Shown one piece after another: positions 11,001-22,229 of a DNA stretch of 64,000 bases. The translations under genes and the position numbers were made by a program. This stretch comes from Naegleria gruberi (taxonomy: Eukaryota). A model generated the notes under the pieces. It was not told the origin of the DNA and searched no databases. It worked only from the letters and a program-made list of their open reading frames with translations. Each line of letters opens with the position of its first letter. Within the stretch, counting starts at the first letter, position 1. The stretch lies in the NCBI GenBank assembly GCA_000004985.1, contig GG738852.1. One strand, given 5' to 3'.

Positions 11001-12594
11001 ATTAGCAAACACCTAACAATCATTTAAATCAAATATGAGAATTAGAATCAATACAAACCTTGCGAATTCTGTGATTACCAGTATCGGCAATCAAGTATTG
11101 TCCATTGCTAGTTTTAACAACATTGGCAAGTTGGTTGGTCATAAATTTGAATGTTGCCTTAGTTGCTTGAGAACCATCTTGTTGTAATGTTAAATATTAA
11201 TATTAAATAATGGAATTAATCATACATACCTCCACTAAATGTAGAACCTCCTATTCCAGCAACTGTTGTAATAATTCCAGTACTAGTAGAAATCCTTCTC
11301 AATCTCATATTATCTGAAATGAATACTTCACCAGGAGAAGTTGAAAAAACTCTAATTGGGCTAACATTTACCAAATTTGCTTGAACATTATCCTTATAAT
11401 TAGTATAAGAGGATGTTCCTGTTCCAGCAATAGTAACAATGGTACCATTAGTTAATACCTTTCTCAATCTATTACTGCCCAACTCTGCAATCCATATCTC
11501 ACCGTTACTGTCAACAGAAACACCATAAGGATAACTTGTCAAGTTAGTTAAAAAAACATACATCTAAAAAAACCTACTCAAGTTTAGCTGCAGTAGCCAG
11601 CATTCCATCACCATTATATCCCTCCTCACCAGTACCTGCGACAGTAATAATTGTTCCATTCGTTAAAACCTTTCGAATTCTGAAATTTCCTGCATCAGCT
11701 ATATAAATTTCATTGTTGCTCGTGACAAAGATTCCCTGAGGGTTAGTGAGACGAGCATAGGTGGCAGGTATTCCATCCCCATTGTACCCAAAACCCAAAC
11801 CAGTTCCACTTGTTCCAATTTGTGTGCCATTTCCAGCTACTGTTGTAATAACTCCCGTTGAAACATTAACCATCCTAATGTAATGATTCTGATATTCTGA
11901 AATATAAACGTTTCCATTTGAAGAAACAAATACGTCAACAGGAGAGTTGAGATAGGCATTTGTAGCAAGCATTCCATCTCCATTATATCCAGCATTTCCG
12001 TTTCCTTATGAAGGATTAGTCCTATATCTTTACAACAACAACCACTTACCTGCTATTGTCACAATATTGCCATTAGTTTGAATCTTTCTAACTCTAGAAT
12101 TTTGACTATCAGCAATATAAATTTCAGAATTAAAAACAAATACACCAGTGGGTGTATTGAGCTGAGCTGTAGTTGCTTGAATATTATCGCCATTGTACCC
12201 AGAAACTCCAGTACCTAAATTTTCCAGCACATCATCATACCAAGATGTGAAACACATTTGTTTCCATAACAATATGTGTGCATGTGTAAAATAAATTTTG
12301 TCATGAGAAAAACATACCAGCAATGGTGAGAACGGTTCCATTAGCTGCAAATACTCTCACTATTCTATGATTGCTATTATCAGAAATAAATAAATCACCC
12401 GAACTGAGATCTTTAAAACAACTATTGACATCAATATTGGCCATTTTGGCATCTATTCCACTGGATAATGAATTGTAGCCAGCAATGGTCGTGATGTTAT
12501 ACTTGACAGAGATTGCGCCAATAACTAAACCGCTGCCATGGTAGGTCAAAATGAGTAGGCACAGAATCCAAACAACCTTTGCATCTGCCAACAT
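8041..12594 (-). CDS. Receptor Ser/Thr protein kinase with signal peptide, NHL-repeat beta-propeller, tenascin-type EGF repeats and one TM helix; about 7 exons
   Basis: Exon 1 (12594 to ~12320) has an ATG and signal peptide (MLADAKVVWILCLLILTYHG). Exons 2-6 (~12216-12050, ~12002-11581, ~11537-11228, ~11177-11069, ~11022-10758) each encode NHL-type blades (TNGTI.TIAGTG...YNGDG..AT.A.L..P.GV.V...G..YIAD..N.RIRK). The introns are 43-100 nt with GTATGT/GTAAGT/GTTTGT donors and AG acceptors, and the reading frame is continuous across each junction. The terminal exon (~10703-8041) encodes further propeller sequence, about 8 Cys-rich EGF-like repeats (C..G.YG..C...C.G), a TM helix (IIGLAVGLSLLVIVILIIVVIIVFIIVF) and a kinase domain. 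The kinase domain has IGQGGFGSVFKC, ALKVVK, HRDVKPNNIF, DFGLAK and GTPLYMSPE. The ORF track M at 10653 is a GTG. Confidence 0.7.
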
Positions 12595-13019
12595 TTTTTT
12601 CTTGTTTGATTTGACATGGTCCAAAAGTGGCTAATATGTGAATGGTGCTGAACAGCAAAGATGAACTAGAATTTGATTTGTGATGCCAATGGAACTATCA
12701 GATCAAGTAAAGGTACTTCCTCATATCTTCCTGTAATCCAAAGCCAAAAACATAAAATTATGGATCACAGCCATCATCAAATTGACAATCACTAGAATTT
12801 ATCTTTTTGCACAGTTCATTGTCTGGTAAATTAAATCCAATTTGAAGTTATTAATGTTGAAGAGAATTCTTCCAAGCCAAACATTCCGATTCATCATTGA
12901 AGGGTAAAATAAAAAAGAAGCTTCATTCCATTTTTTTAAATAATTTTCCCGCCCAAAATAAATTTAATCCATCAAAATCTAAATATTGTAACAACTCATA
13001 TTTAATAATATTAAAAAAA

Positions 13020-15065
13020 ATGAGTCTATCAATTTTACCACAAGATTTAATTTACGAAGTGATGAAATTTCTTCGTGTCGATCAACGTATTCGCATCTCG
13101 AGAGTTTGCCAAGAGTTTTATCATATCATAGCGTCTCTTTTTCCCGCACTAGAATTAAATTTGAGTGGCGGGAAAATATTACCAGTAAATTTACCAAGTT
13201 TTCTTTCGTGTCCATTTCTTGAGCAGGTTACAGTGTTGGATCTTTCAGAGAATCTTTTATCAGAGGAGAATATTATTGCAGTTGCCAACTGTGAAAGATT
13301 TAAAAAATTAGAAGAGTTGATTTTGAAAAAGAATGAGTTTAGTTTAAAATGTGCCGAAGCTTTTACTAAATCATCATTTATTAGACAATTGAAATATATT
13401 GATCTTAGAAATGCATTCTTTGTATGGAAAGATGTAGATCATGTTGAAATTGGAAAGAAATTTATTACAAGTCAACCACAAGATTTGCAAAATTTTTGGT
13501 ATCTAGTTTTGGGTAATTGTGGAACAGAAATAGTACCTGAATGGTTATTGGTTGGATGTAAAGAGGGAAATAGTAAATTGCATTGGGAAACTCAATTGGA
13601 GTTTGGTGAATATTTATACCATTCTGAACAAAACACATCACTAGCAATTCAATACTTTGAGGAGTTGGGCAATAATCCACTAGCTCATAATAGAGCTATT
13701 GCCATGTACGTTTTGGGTAAAATTTATTCAACACTAGGTGAAAAGTATCATTCGAAAGCATTCCAGTTATTCTTAAAAGCGGCAAATCTTGATGATCAAC
13801 TATCCTATTTGTCTGTTGCCAACTTTTATTCATTTGGAATTGGTATTGGATCAGATCCAGATGAAGCATTGAAGTGGTATTTGAAATATGCAGAGAATAG
13901 TAATGATGATGATGGAGTTGTTGCACATCAAATTGGTGGTATTTATTTTGAGTACAAAAAAGATATCCCACAAGCTCTGAAATGGTGGAACAAATCTGCG
14001 GAAAAGGACAATACAGAAGCACAATATTCACTCGGTACAATATATATGAATGGGGATGGTGTTGAAAAGGATGTTAAGAAAGGTATGGCACTACTTGAGG
14101 ATTCAGCAAGATTGGGCAATTCTGATGCTCAGAATACAGTCGGTGCAATTTACTTAGAAGGTGAAGATTCAATTGAAATAGATCTCAATAAGGCCAAAGA
14201 CTTTTTAATTGCGGCAGCTGAGGCAGAAGACACAGATGCTCTCTACAATTTAGGGATATTAGCAGAAAATGAAAAACGATTCGAAGAGGCAATGCAATGG
14301 TATAAAAAGGCCTTAGATATGGGAAATACAGCTGCTGCTTATCCACTCGGAAGGTTTTATTTCCAAGGACTGGTAGCTCCAAAAGATGAAAAGAAAGCCA
14401 TTCATTATGTTGAAATCGCCGCCAATAATAATTCTTCAATAGCCCAAGAATATTTGGGTGATATTTACCACACCAAAGAGAGTGAAATTTATAATCCTGT
14501 AAAGGCAATTGAATGGTACACAAAAGCTGCCTCGAATGACTCTACCAATGCCATGTATAATTGTGGATGTATTAATGAGGAGCTTAATAATTTTGAAATG
14601 GCTTTATATTGGTATACAAAGGCGATAGAAAAGGGTAGTTCATCAGCAATGAATAATTTAGCAATGATATACTATGAAAAGAAGAATTATGAGAATGCTA
14701 AGAAATGGATAGAAAAATCAGTGGAGTTTAACAATTCATATGCAATATGCACGATGGGTGAGTGGTATATAGAAGGTTTATGCTATGAAAAGAGTTATGA
14801 AAAGGCTGTTCAACTCTTTACTAGATCAACTCAATTTACAGATGAAAGTGGTGACCAATCGATTTGTCCTCCTGCTTTCCTGCATCTCTATAAATTATAT
14901 GCTAATGGTTTGGGATGTGAGAAGGATTTGGAAAAGGCACAACAATTGCTCGAAACTGCTGCCAAATTAGAAATACAAGAAGCTATTGAAATACTCGAAG
15001 ATCAACAATCCAAAAAGAGAAAATCAACCACTGAATATGATGGCTCATCAAAGAAAATGAAATAA
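13020..15065 (+). CDS. F-box-like / Sel1 (TPR-like) repeat protein
   Basis: The true ATG is probably at 13020 (MSLSILPQDLIYEVMKFLRVDQRIRISRVCQEFYHII gives the F-box-like motif). It is followed by at least 9 Sel1-type repeats (e.g. AQYSLGTIYMNGDGVEKDVKKGMALLEDSARLGNSDAQNTVGAIYLEGE). The C-terminus is basic and Lys-rich. Confidence 0.75.
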   Translation: MSLSILPQDLIYEVMKFLRVDQRIRISRVCQEFYHIIASLFPALELNLSGGKILPVNLPSFLSCPFLEQVTVLDLSENLLSEENIIAVANCERFKKLEELILKKNEFSLKCAEAFTKSSFIRQLKYIDLRNAFFVWKDVDHVEIGKKFITSQPQDLQNFWYLVLGNCGTEIVPEWLLVGCKEGNSKLHWETQLEFGEYLYHSEQNTSLAIQYFEELGNNPLAHNRAIAMYVLGKIYSTLGEKYHSKAFQLFLKAANLDDQLSYLSVANFYSFGIGIGSDPDEALKWYLKYAENSNDDDGVVAHQIGGIYFEYKKDIPQALKWWNKSAEKDNTEAQYSLGTIYMNGDGVEKDVKKGMALLEDSARLGNSDAQNTVGAIYLEGEDSIEIDLNKAKDFLIAAAEAEDTDALYNLGILAENEKRFEEAMQWYKKALDMGNTAAAYPLGRFYFQGLVAPKDEKKAIHYVEIAANNNSSIAQEYLGDIYHTKESEIYNPVKAIEWYTKAASNDSTNAMYNCGCINEELNNFEMALYWYTKAIEKGSSSAMNNLAMIYYEKKNYENAKKWIEKSVEFNNSYAICTMGEWYIEGLCYEKSYEKAVQLFTRSTQFTDESGDQSICPPAFLHLYKLYANGLGCEKDLEKAQQLLETAAKLEIQEAIEILEDQQSKKRKSTTEYDGSSKKMK

Positions 15066-15258
15066 CTCTGGTTTTCTCTTAAATTGTCTTATCTAATTTT
15101 TCGAACATCAATTGGTTGTTGATTATCTTTCTTGTTATCTGTGTCTTGTTGCATGATACGATTGGTTATTCTTACTTGTTGAGCATTTCTTGTAGAGAAT
15201 TTTATAATAATTAGTTACAAAATATTCACACAACATTTATTCAAATATAACGAATTAT

Positions 15259-15643
15259 TTACCAATATCTATATGGATAGTATCCTCCATAATACGGCAT
15301 TGAATAGGCAGAACCATAATTATTACCATAACTGTATGGTCCATTATAATAAGAACCATAACTACTATATGGATTATAGGAAATTGCACTTATTTGATTA
15401 GAATAAGCTTGAGTATTTTGTGCATATTGATTGTAATTTCCACCTGCCACTCCATAATTTGAACCTAATCTCATTACAATTACATGATATTTTCCAAACA
15501 TTAATTGAAAATCTTAAAAAGCACTTACCGGCACCTCCATTGTATCCATAGGCACCTCCATATGCATTATTGTATTGTCCCAATGCAAAAGATAATAAGC
15601 CAAGGAAGAAGAAGAGCAGCGCTACCAAACAAGTTCTTTTCAT
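15259..15643 (-). CDS. Small secreted Gly/Tyr/Asn/Ser-rich low-complexity protein; 2 exons
   Basis: Exon 1 (15643-15529) encodes a signal peptide (MKRTCLVALLFFFLGLLSFALG) plus QYNNAYGGAYGYNGGA. The 64-nt intron (15528-15465) begins GTAAGT and ends AG. Exon 2 (15464-15259) encodes ...NYGVAGGNYNQYAQNTQAYSNQISAISYNPYSSYGSYYNGPYSYGNNYGSAYSMPYYGGYYPYRYW. The frame is continuous across the splice. Confidence 0.6.
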
Positions 15644-16139
15644 TTTTGTTTCAAATTTGTTATTGGATTATGAAAGAAGCAGAGAAGGTAAATTTATAAG
15701 AAATTGGAAAGAATTGAAAAAGTCAATTCTTCAAATATAAATGTTATTTTGAACCTATTAAGGAAAAAATTCTTAAATGTTTATTGAACATTTCAGTGTA
15801 AGCAATAGACGAAATGAAGCCATCCACAATTCTCAATTCCTCATTCAATCCCAATGCAAAACTCAATCACGCACAAATTGACTAGTTTTTCTGAGGAACA
15901 GTCTCCATCCATCTATTTCACTACAGCATCAAGATGGAAGATTTCATACCTAATGTGGAACATTGGCACCATACCCGAATTATTTTAGCGATTATTTTCA
16001 GCAATTAAAACATAAAATACTGAGTTTATTCGAGTTGCATTTTGTAAATCTTCAATCAGTGATGAATATTCAGTTGATTCTGGTTCTTGTTTGGAAAGTA
16101 AAATACATTGTAATTGTTCAAATAATAAATCAAGAAAAA

Positions 16140-16736
16140 ATGTCATTCCTTGTTTATGAAGCTCCATCACACGATCCTCACCCAACACAATCACAAACCA
16201 ACAACAGTACAAGTTCCGATCTAGCAGTGGTGAAGAATTTATTTCTTGCTGGTGGAATTTCCGGATGTGGAAATTGGCATTTGGATATGATTGAATCACT
16301 CAAGAAGAAGTGTTTGAAGAATGATCATGTTCGGGAGAAGTGTTGTGTTAAATTGTACAATCCAAGAAGAGAGAATTTTGATGTGAGTGATAAGAGCCAA
16401 TCAGATGTTCAAATTAGATGGGAACATTCCTATTTACATACTGTGGAAGCTGTATCATTTTGGTTTTGTAGTGAAACTCTTTGCCCAATTACTGTAAGTT
16501 TTGTGAATAATATTGAGTTTAAAAAACTAAAACATCTTGTGAAATAGTTATATGAGCTAGGTAAAATTTCCATGATGCCAAGTGTTAAATTATTTGTTGG
16601 AGTTCATCCAGATTATTTGAGAAGAATGGATGTTGAAACTCAAACCCTTCTTGTAAGACCAGAGGTTACTATTGTCTATTCAGTTGAAGACTTAGCTCAA
16701 CAAGTATTTGATGAATATTTTGCAGTACAAGATTAA
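16140..16736 (+). CDS. Hypothetical protein of about 180 aa; 2 exons; weak resemblance to the nucleoside 2-deoxyribosyltransferase-like fold
   Basis: The ATG is at 16140 (MSFLVYEAPSHD...). Exon 1 runs to 16493. The 54-nt intron (16494-16547) has a GTAAGT donor and AG acceptor. Exon 2 (16548-16736) is in phase (...CPIT|LYELGKISMMPSVKLFVGVHPDYLRRMD...). The motif LFLAGGISGCGNWH and the acidic C-terminal half only faintly recall the Rossmann-like deoxyribosyltransferase family, so the functional call is weak. Confidence 0.4.
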
Positions 16737-16772
16737 AAATCTGATCTTAATAAAAAGTGAAAATATATTAAT

Positions 16773-19066
16773 TTAGAGAGTCAAGTAGAGTGGATTTTCA
16801 AGAAGAGTCTTGAATTCTTGCAACCATTGAGCACCAACAGCACCATCAACAACACGATGGTCACAGCTCAAAGTAACCTTCATAGTTGTCACAACCTTGA
16901 ATTTATCTTCAGCAGAGGTTGGCTTTTCATTGACAACAACCTTCTTTGAGGACTTACCAACAGCCAAAATACAGGCTTGTGGTGGATTGATAATTGCAGA
17001 GAATTCATCAATACCGAACATACCAAGGTTAGAAATAGTGAAAGTACCACCTTGGAATTCGTGTGGCTTCAATTTGTTTTCTCTTGCCTTACCAGCGAGA
17101 GCCTTAACTTCATTAGAAATTGAGGAGAGACCCTTAGTTTCAGCAGAGAAGACAATTGGAGTAATCAAACCAGAATCAGTTTGGACAGCAACTGAGAGGT
17201 CAACATTGTTATATTGACGAATGAAAGTATCTTGCCATGAGCTGTTGATTTCTGGAACCTTCTTCATGGAGAGAGCAGCAGCCTTAACGAGGAAGTCATT
17301 GACAGACAACTTGAATCCTCTCTTTTCACCAGCCTTGTTCAATTCTTCTCTGGCCTTCATCAAATTATCAACTTCAATTTCAACAGTCAAATAATAGTGA
17401 GGAATAGTTCTCTTTGATTCCAAGAGACGGTCAGCAATAATCTTACGAACGTTAGAAACTGGAATATCAACAAATGAACCAGATGAAACAGCTGGAGCAG
17501 CAACAGTTTGTTGTTGAGTAGTGGTGGTGGTAGTAGCTCTTGGTTGTTCTTGAACAGCTGGCTTACGAGTAAGGAATTCTTCAACATCAGCCTTGACGAT
17601 TCTGTTAGAATGACCACTTCCAGAACCAATTTGAGCCAAATCAACATTGTTATCTTGAGCTACCTTCTTAGCCAAAGGTGAAGCAAAGACACGTCCACCA
17701 GTTGAGGTAGTAGTAGTGGATGGAGCTGATTGAGTTGTAGTAGTGGTGGAAGTTTGTTGAGATGGAGTGGATGATGGAGTAGTGGAAGCAGCAGGGGTGG
17801 CAGCACCTGGAGTGTATGAAGCACCAGCAGCCAAATCCTCCTTATTTTCAACGAGAATAGCAATGATATCACCGAGATTAGTTTCAATACCAGCAGGGAT
17901 GACAATCTTGGCCAAATAACCTTCTTCTTGGAATTCAAAATCAACAGTTGCCTTATCAGTTTCAACTGTACAAATAATGTCACCTGGAGAAACCTTGTCA
18001 CCAACTTGCTTGGTCCAAGCACCAATACGACCCTTAGTCATGGTTGGGGAAAGCGTTGGCATGGTAATTTCGTGAAGACCCTTTGGCTTGGCAGATGGAG
18101 TAGCTTGTGGTTGAGCAGTTGTTGGTTGAGGTGTTGGAGTTGTTGATTGAGTAGTAGTAGTGGTTGGTTCTGGTGCAGAAGTAGCTCCTCCTTGCAAATC
18201 AGCCAAAGTTAAACCTTGAACAGAGGAAATCTTTGAAGCATCATCAACGAGAATTGCAATTGGACTACCAAGAGCAATAGTTTTACTTCCTTCTGGAGTC
18301 AAAATCTTAGCCAAGAAACCTTCTTCTTGGAATTCGAATTCTAATGTGGATTTATCAGTTTCAACTTCAACAATGAGATCACCTGGCTTGAGTTCATCAC
18401 CTTCCTTCTTTAACCATTTACCAATATTACCAGTATTCATGGTTGGACTGAGAGCAGGCATGGAAATGAGAGAAGCTAATAATTTTGATAAATACATATT
18501 CAAAATATCATGATATTATTACCAAATGGTGAGGAGTTGTACAAGTAGAGTAGAAGGAATAATACAAGTAATAATAAATTATCATGTTAATAATATTAAT
18601 AATACCAATCAATTTGAAAACATTCCGAAATAATATTATCACGGTTGAAAATTTCAAATGATGATTCAAAGTACCAAAAATGTCATTCATAAATTGTTTA
18701 TATTATCCGATATTAATGATAGTAATAATAATAACAATAACACAAATACAATAATATTATACATTCATAAAAACACAAATAATTTTCAATAATCCTTTCA
18801 ATAAATCAACTCCACAACATTATCAACTTACCTCCCTTTGGAAGAGTAGCATATCCTCTCATCATGGTGGTAGCTTGTTGATTGATCATCAAACCCTTCC
18901 ATGAAGTTTGTTTTGTAGTAAAAGTAGAAGTATTAACAAACTTTACACTAGAAATATTTCTCCTGGTTGCTGCTGCTGTTGATGAGGCAATCAACATTGC
19001 CTTCTTACTGTTACGAGAAAGGACAACCTTCTTGGTGAGTGATGAAATTGCAGAACGGGCCAACAT
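16773..19066 (-). CDS. Dihydrolipoamide acetyltransferase (pyruvate dehydrogenase E2), mitochondrial; 2 exons
   Basis: Exon 1 (19066-18832) encodes only a presequence-like peptide (MLARSAISSLTKKVVLSRNSKKAMLIASSTAAATRRNISS...RGYATLPKG). A GTAAGT intron of about 355 nt spans 18831-18477. Exon 2 (18476-16773) has two lipoyl domains (ETDKSTLEFEFQEEGFLAKI and ETDKATVDFEFQEEGYLAKI, with the lipoyl-Lys in DK). It also has an E3-binding domain (GGRVFASPLAKKVAQDNNVDLAQIGSGSG) and a catalytic domain containing the DHRVVDGA active-site motif. Confidence 0.85.
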
Positions 19067-19372
19067 TTTTTTTAAACTCTTAAGCCTATTCTTGGTCTCA
19101 ACCTTTTCATTCAACGGAGTGCTGCATCAAATGAAAGTGTGAGTTTTCAAAAATGCAAACGCTCACATTCATAGAAATTTATCTTGTTTTGTTCATCACC
19201 ATTATTATGGAGAGTTGAATGGTTGTTAAAGAAGAGGATGAAGGAGAAGAGGATGATAGAATATACTCTATAAGAAATTGATGTGAATAGTGTTTCATGG
19301 AGGTAAGAAGGAAATGCATTTGAGAATCTTTTGGACTAAAGATTACAATATGTGTGGTTTCCGATAAAATAT

Positions 19373-20659
19373 TTAATGGGATTGTTTTTTGTCTTGTTCA
19401 ATTTGAGCGTCACATTTTCTCTTCAATTCTTTCATTCCTTCTTCTACTCTGGCAGCAAGTTGAATGTAGACTTGGTCTTCTGAAATTTCCTTGTTTCGTC
19501 CCTTCTCAATGATATCGTCCACTCTAATTTCATCTCCAAACATGATGGTAATATGTTTGCCTACACGTGGAACAATGCCATCATAAGGTAAAACATCTGG
19601 TAATCCTTTGTGATAGATTGGATAAATGTATGGAGTTGGATCACAATCATAGATCAGTTTTCCTATTCCTCTTCTACATTGGTGAATTTCACCGTCCACA
19701 TAAATTTTACCTTCAGGGAAAATATTAAGCCAACCTCCAGTTGAAAGTTTGTGTACAATTAATTTCATTGCAGATTGTTCCAGACCTCCAGCTCTCTTGA
19801 TAGGTAGTACTTTAACAGTCTTGAAGAATTCTCCCAATAAAAAGTGTCCAAAACACATATCAGATGCACATACAGCATATCTAATAATATCAGATTTAAA
19901 GAACCAACTCATTGGAGCCAAACCTGACATTAAGATTGGTTCATCAAGCATACTATTGTGATTGACAACTGTCAATAATCCACGAATCTTCTTTTCTGCT
20001 TTTGGTTCCGATAATGATGTAGTAGTGACTGGAGTTTCCTTCATTTCCTTTTGAACTGATTCATAATGTTCCTCAATGGTAGTTCTAAACTTTTCCTTTC
20101 CATAGAATTTACAACTATTGGCAACATTTAAGAAAAACTTGGAAAATGTTCCCAAATAAACAATCAATCCCATACTTGCCAATCTTCTCAAAAAACTAAA
20201 ATTATGATATTCATAGTGGAATTTTTCTTCATAATTGAAATATGGAAGTTTTGACAAATCTCTCAATACTGACCCAATTGAAGACAGTTTAAATCTGAAA
20301 ATTGCCTTATCATTCAATTTAGTTCCTGCCAATTTCTTATTCTCTTCAAAATATGGATTAAACAACAAAGATGATGACCTATTTACACCACTATTATTAT
20401 TATTCAATTTGCTCCCAGAAGAGGAGAAAAAGTAACCCGATGGTGGTTTCAATTCAAAATACCTCGAACACTCGTCCAAGAAGGATGGATAACTATAACT
20501 ACTCTTTTCAGCCTGTTGATAATACAACACAACAGGTTCCTTATTCAAAGATGACACCTTCGATGACGATGTATAGTATGTATTCTCTGGATGTGGTTTT
20601 ATCGTAACAGCAATATCATACTCACTGCTGACAGATGTGGCTACTCTCTTTCTTCCCAT
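19373..20659 (-). CDS. TAZ: Tafazzin-family phospholipid/glycerol acyltransferase with a roughly 170-aa N-terminal extension
   Basis: 428-aa single ORF with ATG at 20659. The C-terminal half has the acyltransferase HX4D motif (VVNHNSMLDEP) and the FPEG motif (WLNIFPEGKIYVDG). The surrounding sequence (VLPIKRAGG...IGKLIYDC...PIYHKGLPDVLP) is tafazzin-like. Confidence 0.75.
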   Translation of the reverse strand: MGRKRVATSVSSEYDIAVTIKPHPENTYYTSSSKVSSLNKEPVVLYYQQAEKSSYSYPSFLDECSRYFELKPPSGYFFSSSGSKLNNNNSGVNRSSSLLFNPYFEENKKLAGTKLNDKAIFRFKLSSIGSVLRDLSKLPYFNYEEKFHYEYHNFSFLRRLASMGLIVYLGTFSKFFLNVANSCKFYGKEKFRTTIEEHYESVQKEMKETPVTTTSLSEPKAEKKIRGLLTVVNHNSMLDEPILMSGLAPMSWFFKSDIIRYAVCASDMCFGHFLLGEFFKTVKVLPIKRAGGLEQSAMKLIVHKLSTGGWLNIFPEGKIYVDGEIHQCRRGIGKLIYDCDPTPYIYPIYHKGLPDVLPYDGIVPRVGKHITIMFGDEIRVDDIIEKGRNKEISEDQVYIQLAARVEEGMKELKRKCDAQIEQDKKQSH

Positions 20660-21276
20660 TTCTTTCTTGTGTTTATTCCGATGTGGTGATTGTTATAAAA
20701 TTGTTTTTTTTGATTAAAGTTGTGAAATTCGATAATTTTCCGTTACTTTTCAATTTTTGTGATTAAAATTTGGATTTGATTAAGAATTATTGGGTACAAT
20801 ATTTCTAATAAGGATTAATAATTTAATTTAATGCTTTAGAACAATTGGAAACTCAATCAATAAATATCATCATTTCTGAAGCAATTTCATACGGAGAACA
20901 AACCTCACTTGTTTCAAATCATCTCTCAATTGATAGAAAATAATTTAGACAATATTGTTTTGCTATTATCAGAATACATGCCTTCTGATATTATTTGAAT
21001 CAGTGTATTTCGAAATGAAGAATGAACTCAATATTTCAGTATTGTTTCCTTATTTTAACTAATTTAGAGCAAATGTGCAAACTATTTAACACTGCAGTCT
21101 TCTATCAAGAATTCAACGTGAGTGGGTCAAACATGTAAAATTTTCAACTAATTCTAACTCTATAATTCTTCCCTGTAACATTCAATAAAGTTATTCCATC
21201 ATTTACTCGAAATATTAATAAAATATTTCACAAACGATTCGAATTACCTTCCAAAAGGTTGAAAATCCACAAAAAA

Positions 21277-22147
21277 ATGGCCAGAACAAAACATTCAACC
21301 CAAATCACTCGCCATCGTAAGAGAACGAAACATTCAACCCAAATCACTCGCTCACGATAAAATACAACACCACCGATGGGAGAGAAATAAAAAATTGAAA
21401 ATGGAAATATTAAGCAAGCTTGATGGTTAGGAGAGTTTTTGTGATTTATTAATAAGTACTTCAATAGGAAAGGACAAGAATGAGAGGAAGGGAAGTGATG
21501 ATCCACATCATTTGGATAAAAATCAACAAGAATTGATGAAATATTTACAATTTAAAATTAATGATAGAAAATATGATGTGTTATTTCCAAAGATTAAATA
21601 TTTGGAAGTTCAAGAGACGAATGAGATGGATGTATTTAATATGATTGAAAATGAAGATGTGAACTATTATTTACTTGTTGATAGAGAATGTATTGAAGAG
21701 TATTCGAAACTTGCTGAATGTATTCTTGAAGAATTTGTTAGAGATTATCCTTATTTTGAAAGTCCAAGGATTGTTAATGCAGACAGAAGTGATGATGGTA
21801 TATATTTTCGTGGAATGACAATTGAATTTCGAATGTGTGGAAAGAAATGTATTTACAAAACAATTGAGGACAGAATGGAATTGATATTTCTTCTCATTAA
21901 CAAGTACGAATATGTTTATTTTGGTTATTTCGATAGACAACCAATAATTGGAATGCCAGATTTTAGATTCACCTCTCAATCACAAGTCAATAATGGAATT
22001 CTTGTAAATTCTCTTGATTGGGAGGAAAAAATCTCGAATTATTTATTCGAAAATCCTGAAGAAGAAGTAGCTATTCCTCCCTTAAAGGAAATATTAGGAA
22101 AAGGAGGAAAATTTTTGGAAAATGCCTTGAAAAACTCATTCGAATAA
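21277..22147 (+). CDS. Hypothetical protein; possible 2-exon model in which the 5' exon overlaps a short tandem repeat
   Basis: The main exon 21468-22147 is open in the frame of the ORF-track ORF 21512-22147, whose M is a TTG. An upstream ATG at 21277 opens MARTKHSTQITRH followed by a GTAAGA donor at 21317. Splicing to the AG at 21466-21467 keeps the frame (..TRH-R-KDKNERKGSDDPHHLDKNQQELMKYLQF...). No recognisable domain. The alternative start is the in-frame ATG at 21533 (MKYLQFKIND...). Confidence 0.35.
21289..21351. repeat. Tandem duplication of a 24-nt unit (39-nt period)
   Basis: aaacattcaacccaaatcactcgc occurs at about 21289-21312 and again at about 21328-21351. The first copy lies in the putative 5' exon of gene 21277-22147 and the second in its putative intron. 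Confidence 0.6.
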
Positions 22148-22229
22148 CATATTTATTTTTATCGTAATGTGTTGGAAGTTTCAAACTTTCACTTTTTGTT
22201 AAACATTTGGTTGGAGGTAAAGTCACTGA

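Noticed and set aside
17387-18146. Several 70-120-aa ORFs on the + and - strands inside the PDH-E2 gene (17387-17647, 17660-18025, 17928-18146)
   Set aside because: They are alternative-frame or antisense reads of the Ala/Pro/Thr-rich linker regions of E2. They are low-complexity, have no start context, and are fully contained in a well-supported gene.
21277-21360. ORF starting MARTK..., which resembles the N-terminus of histone H3
   Set aside because: Similarity is limited to the first five residues and the rest is a duplicated HSTQITR unit. It is not a histone. It is kept only as a possible 5' exon or uORF of the downstream gene.
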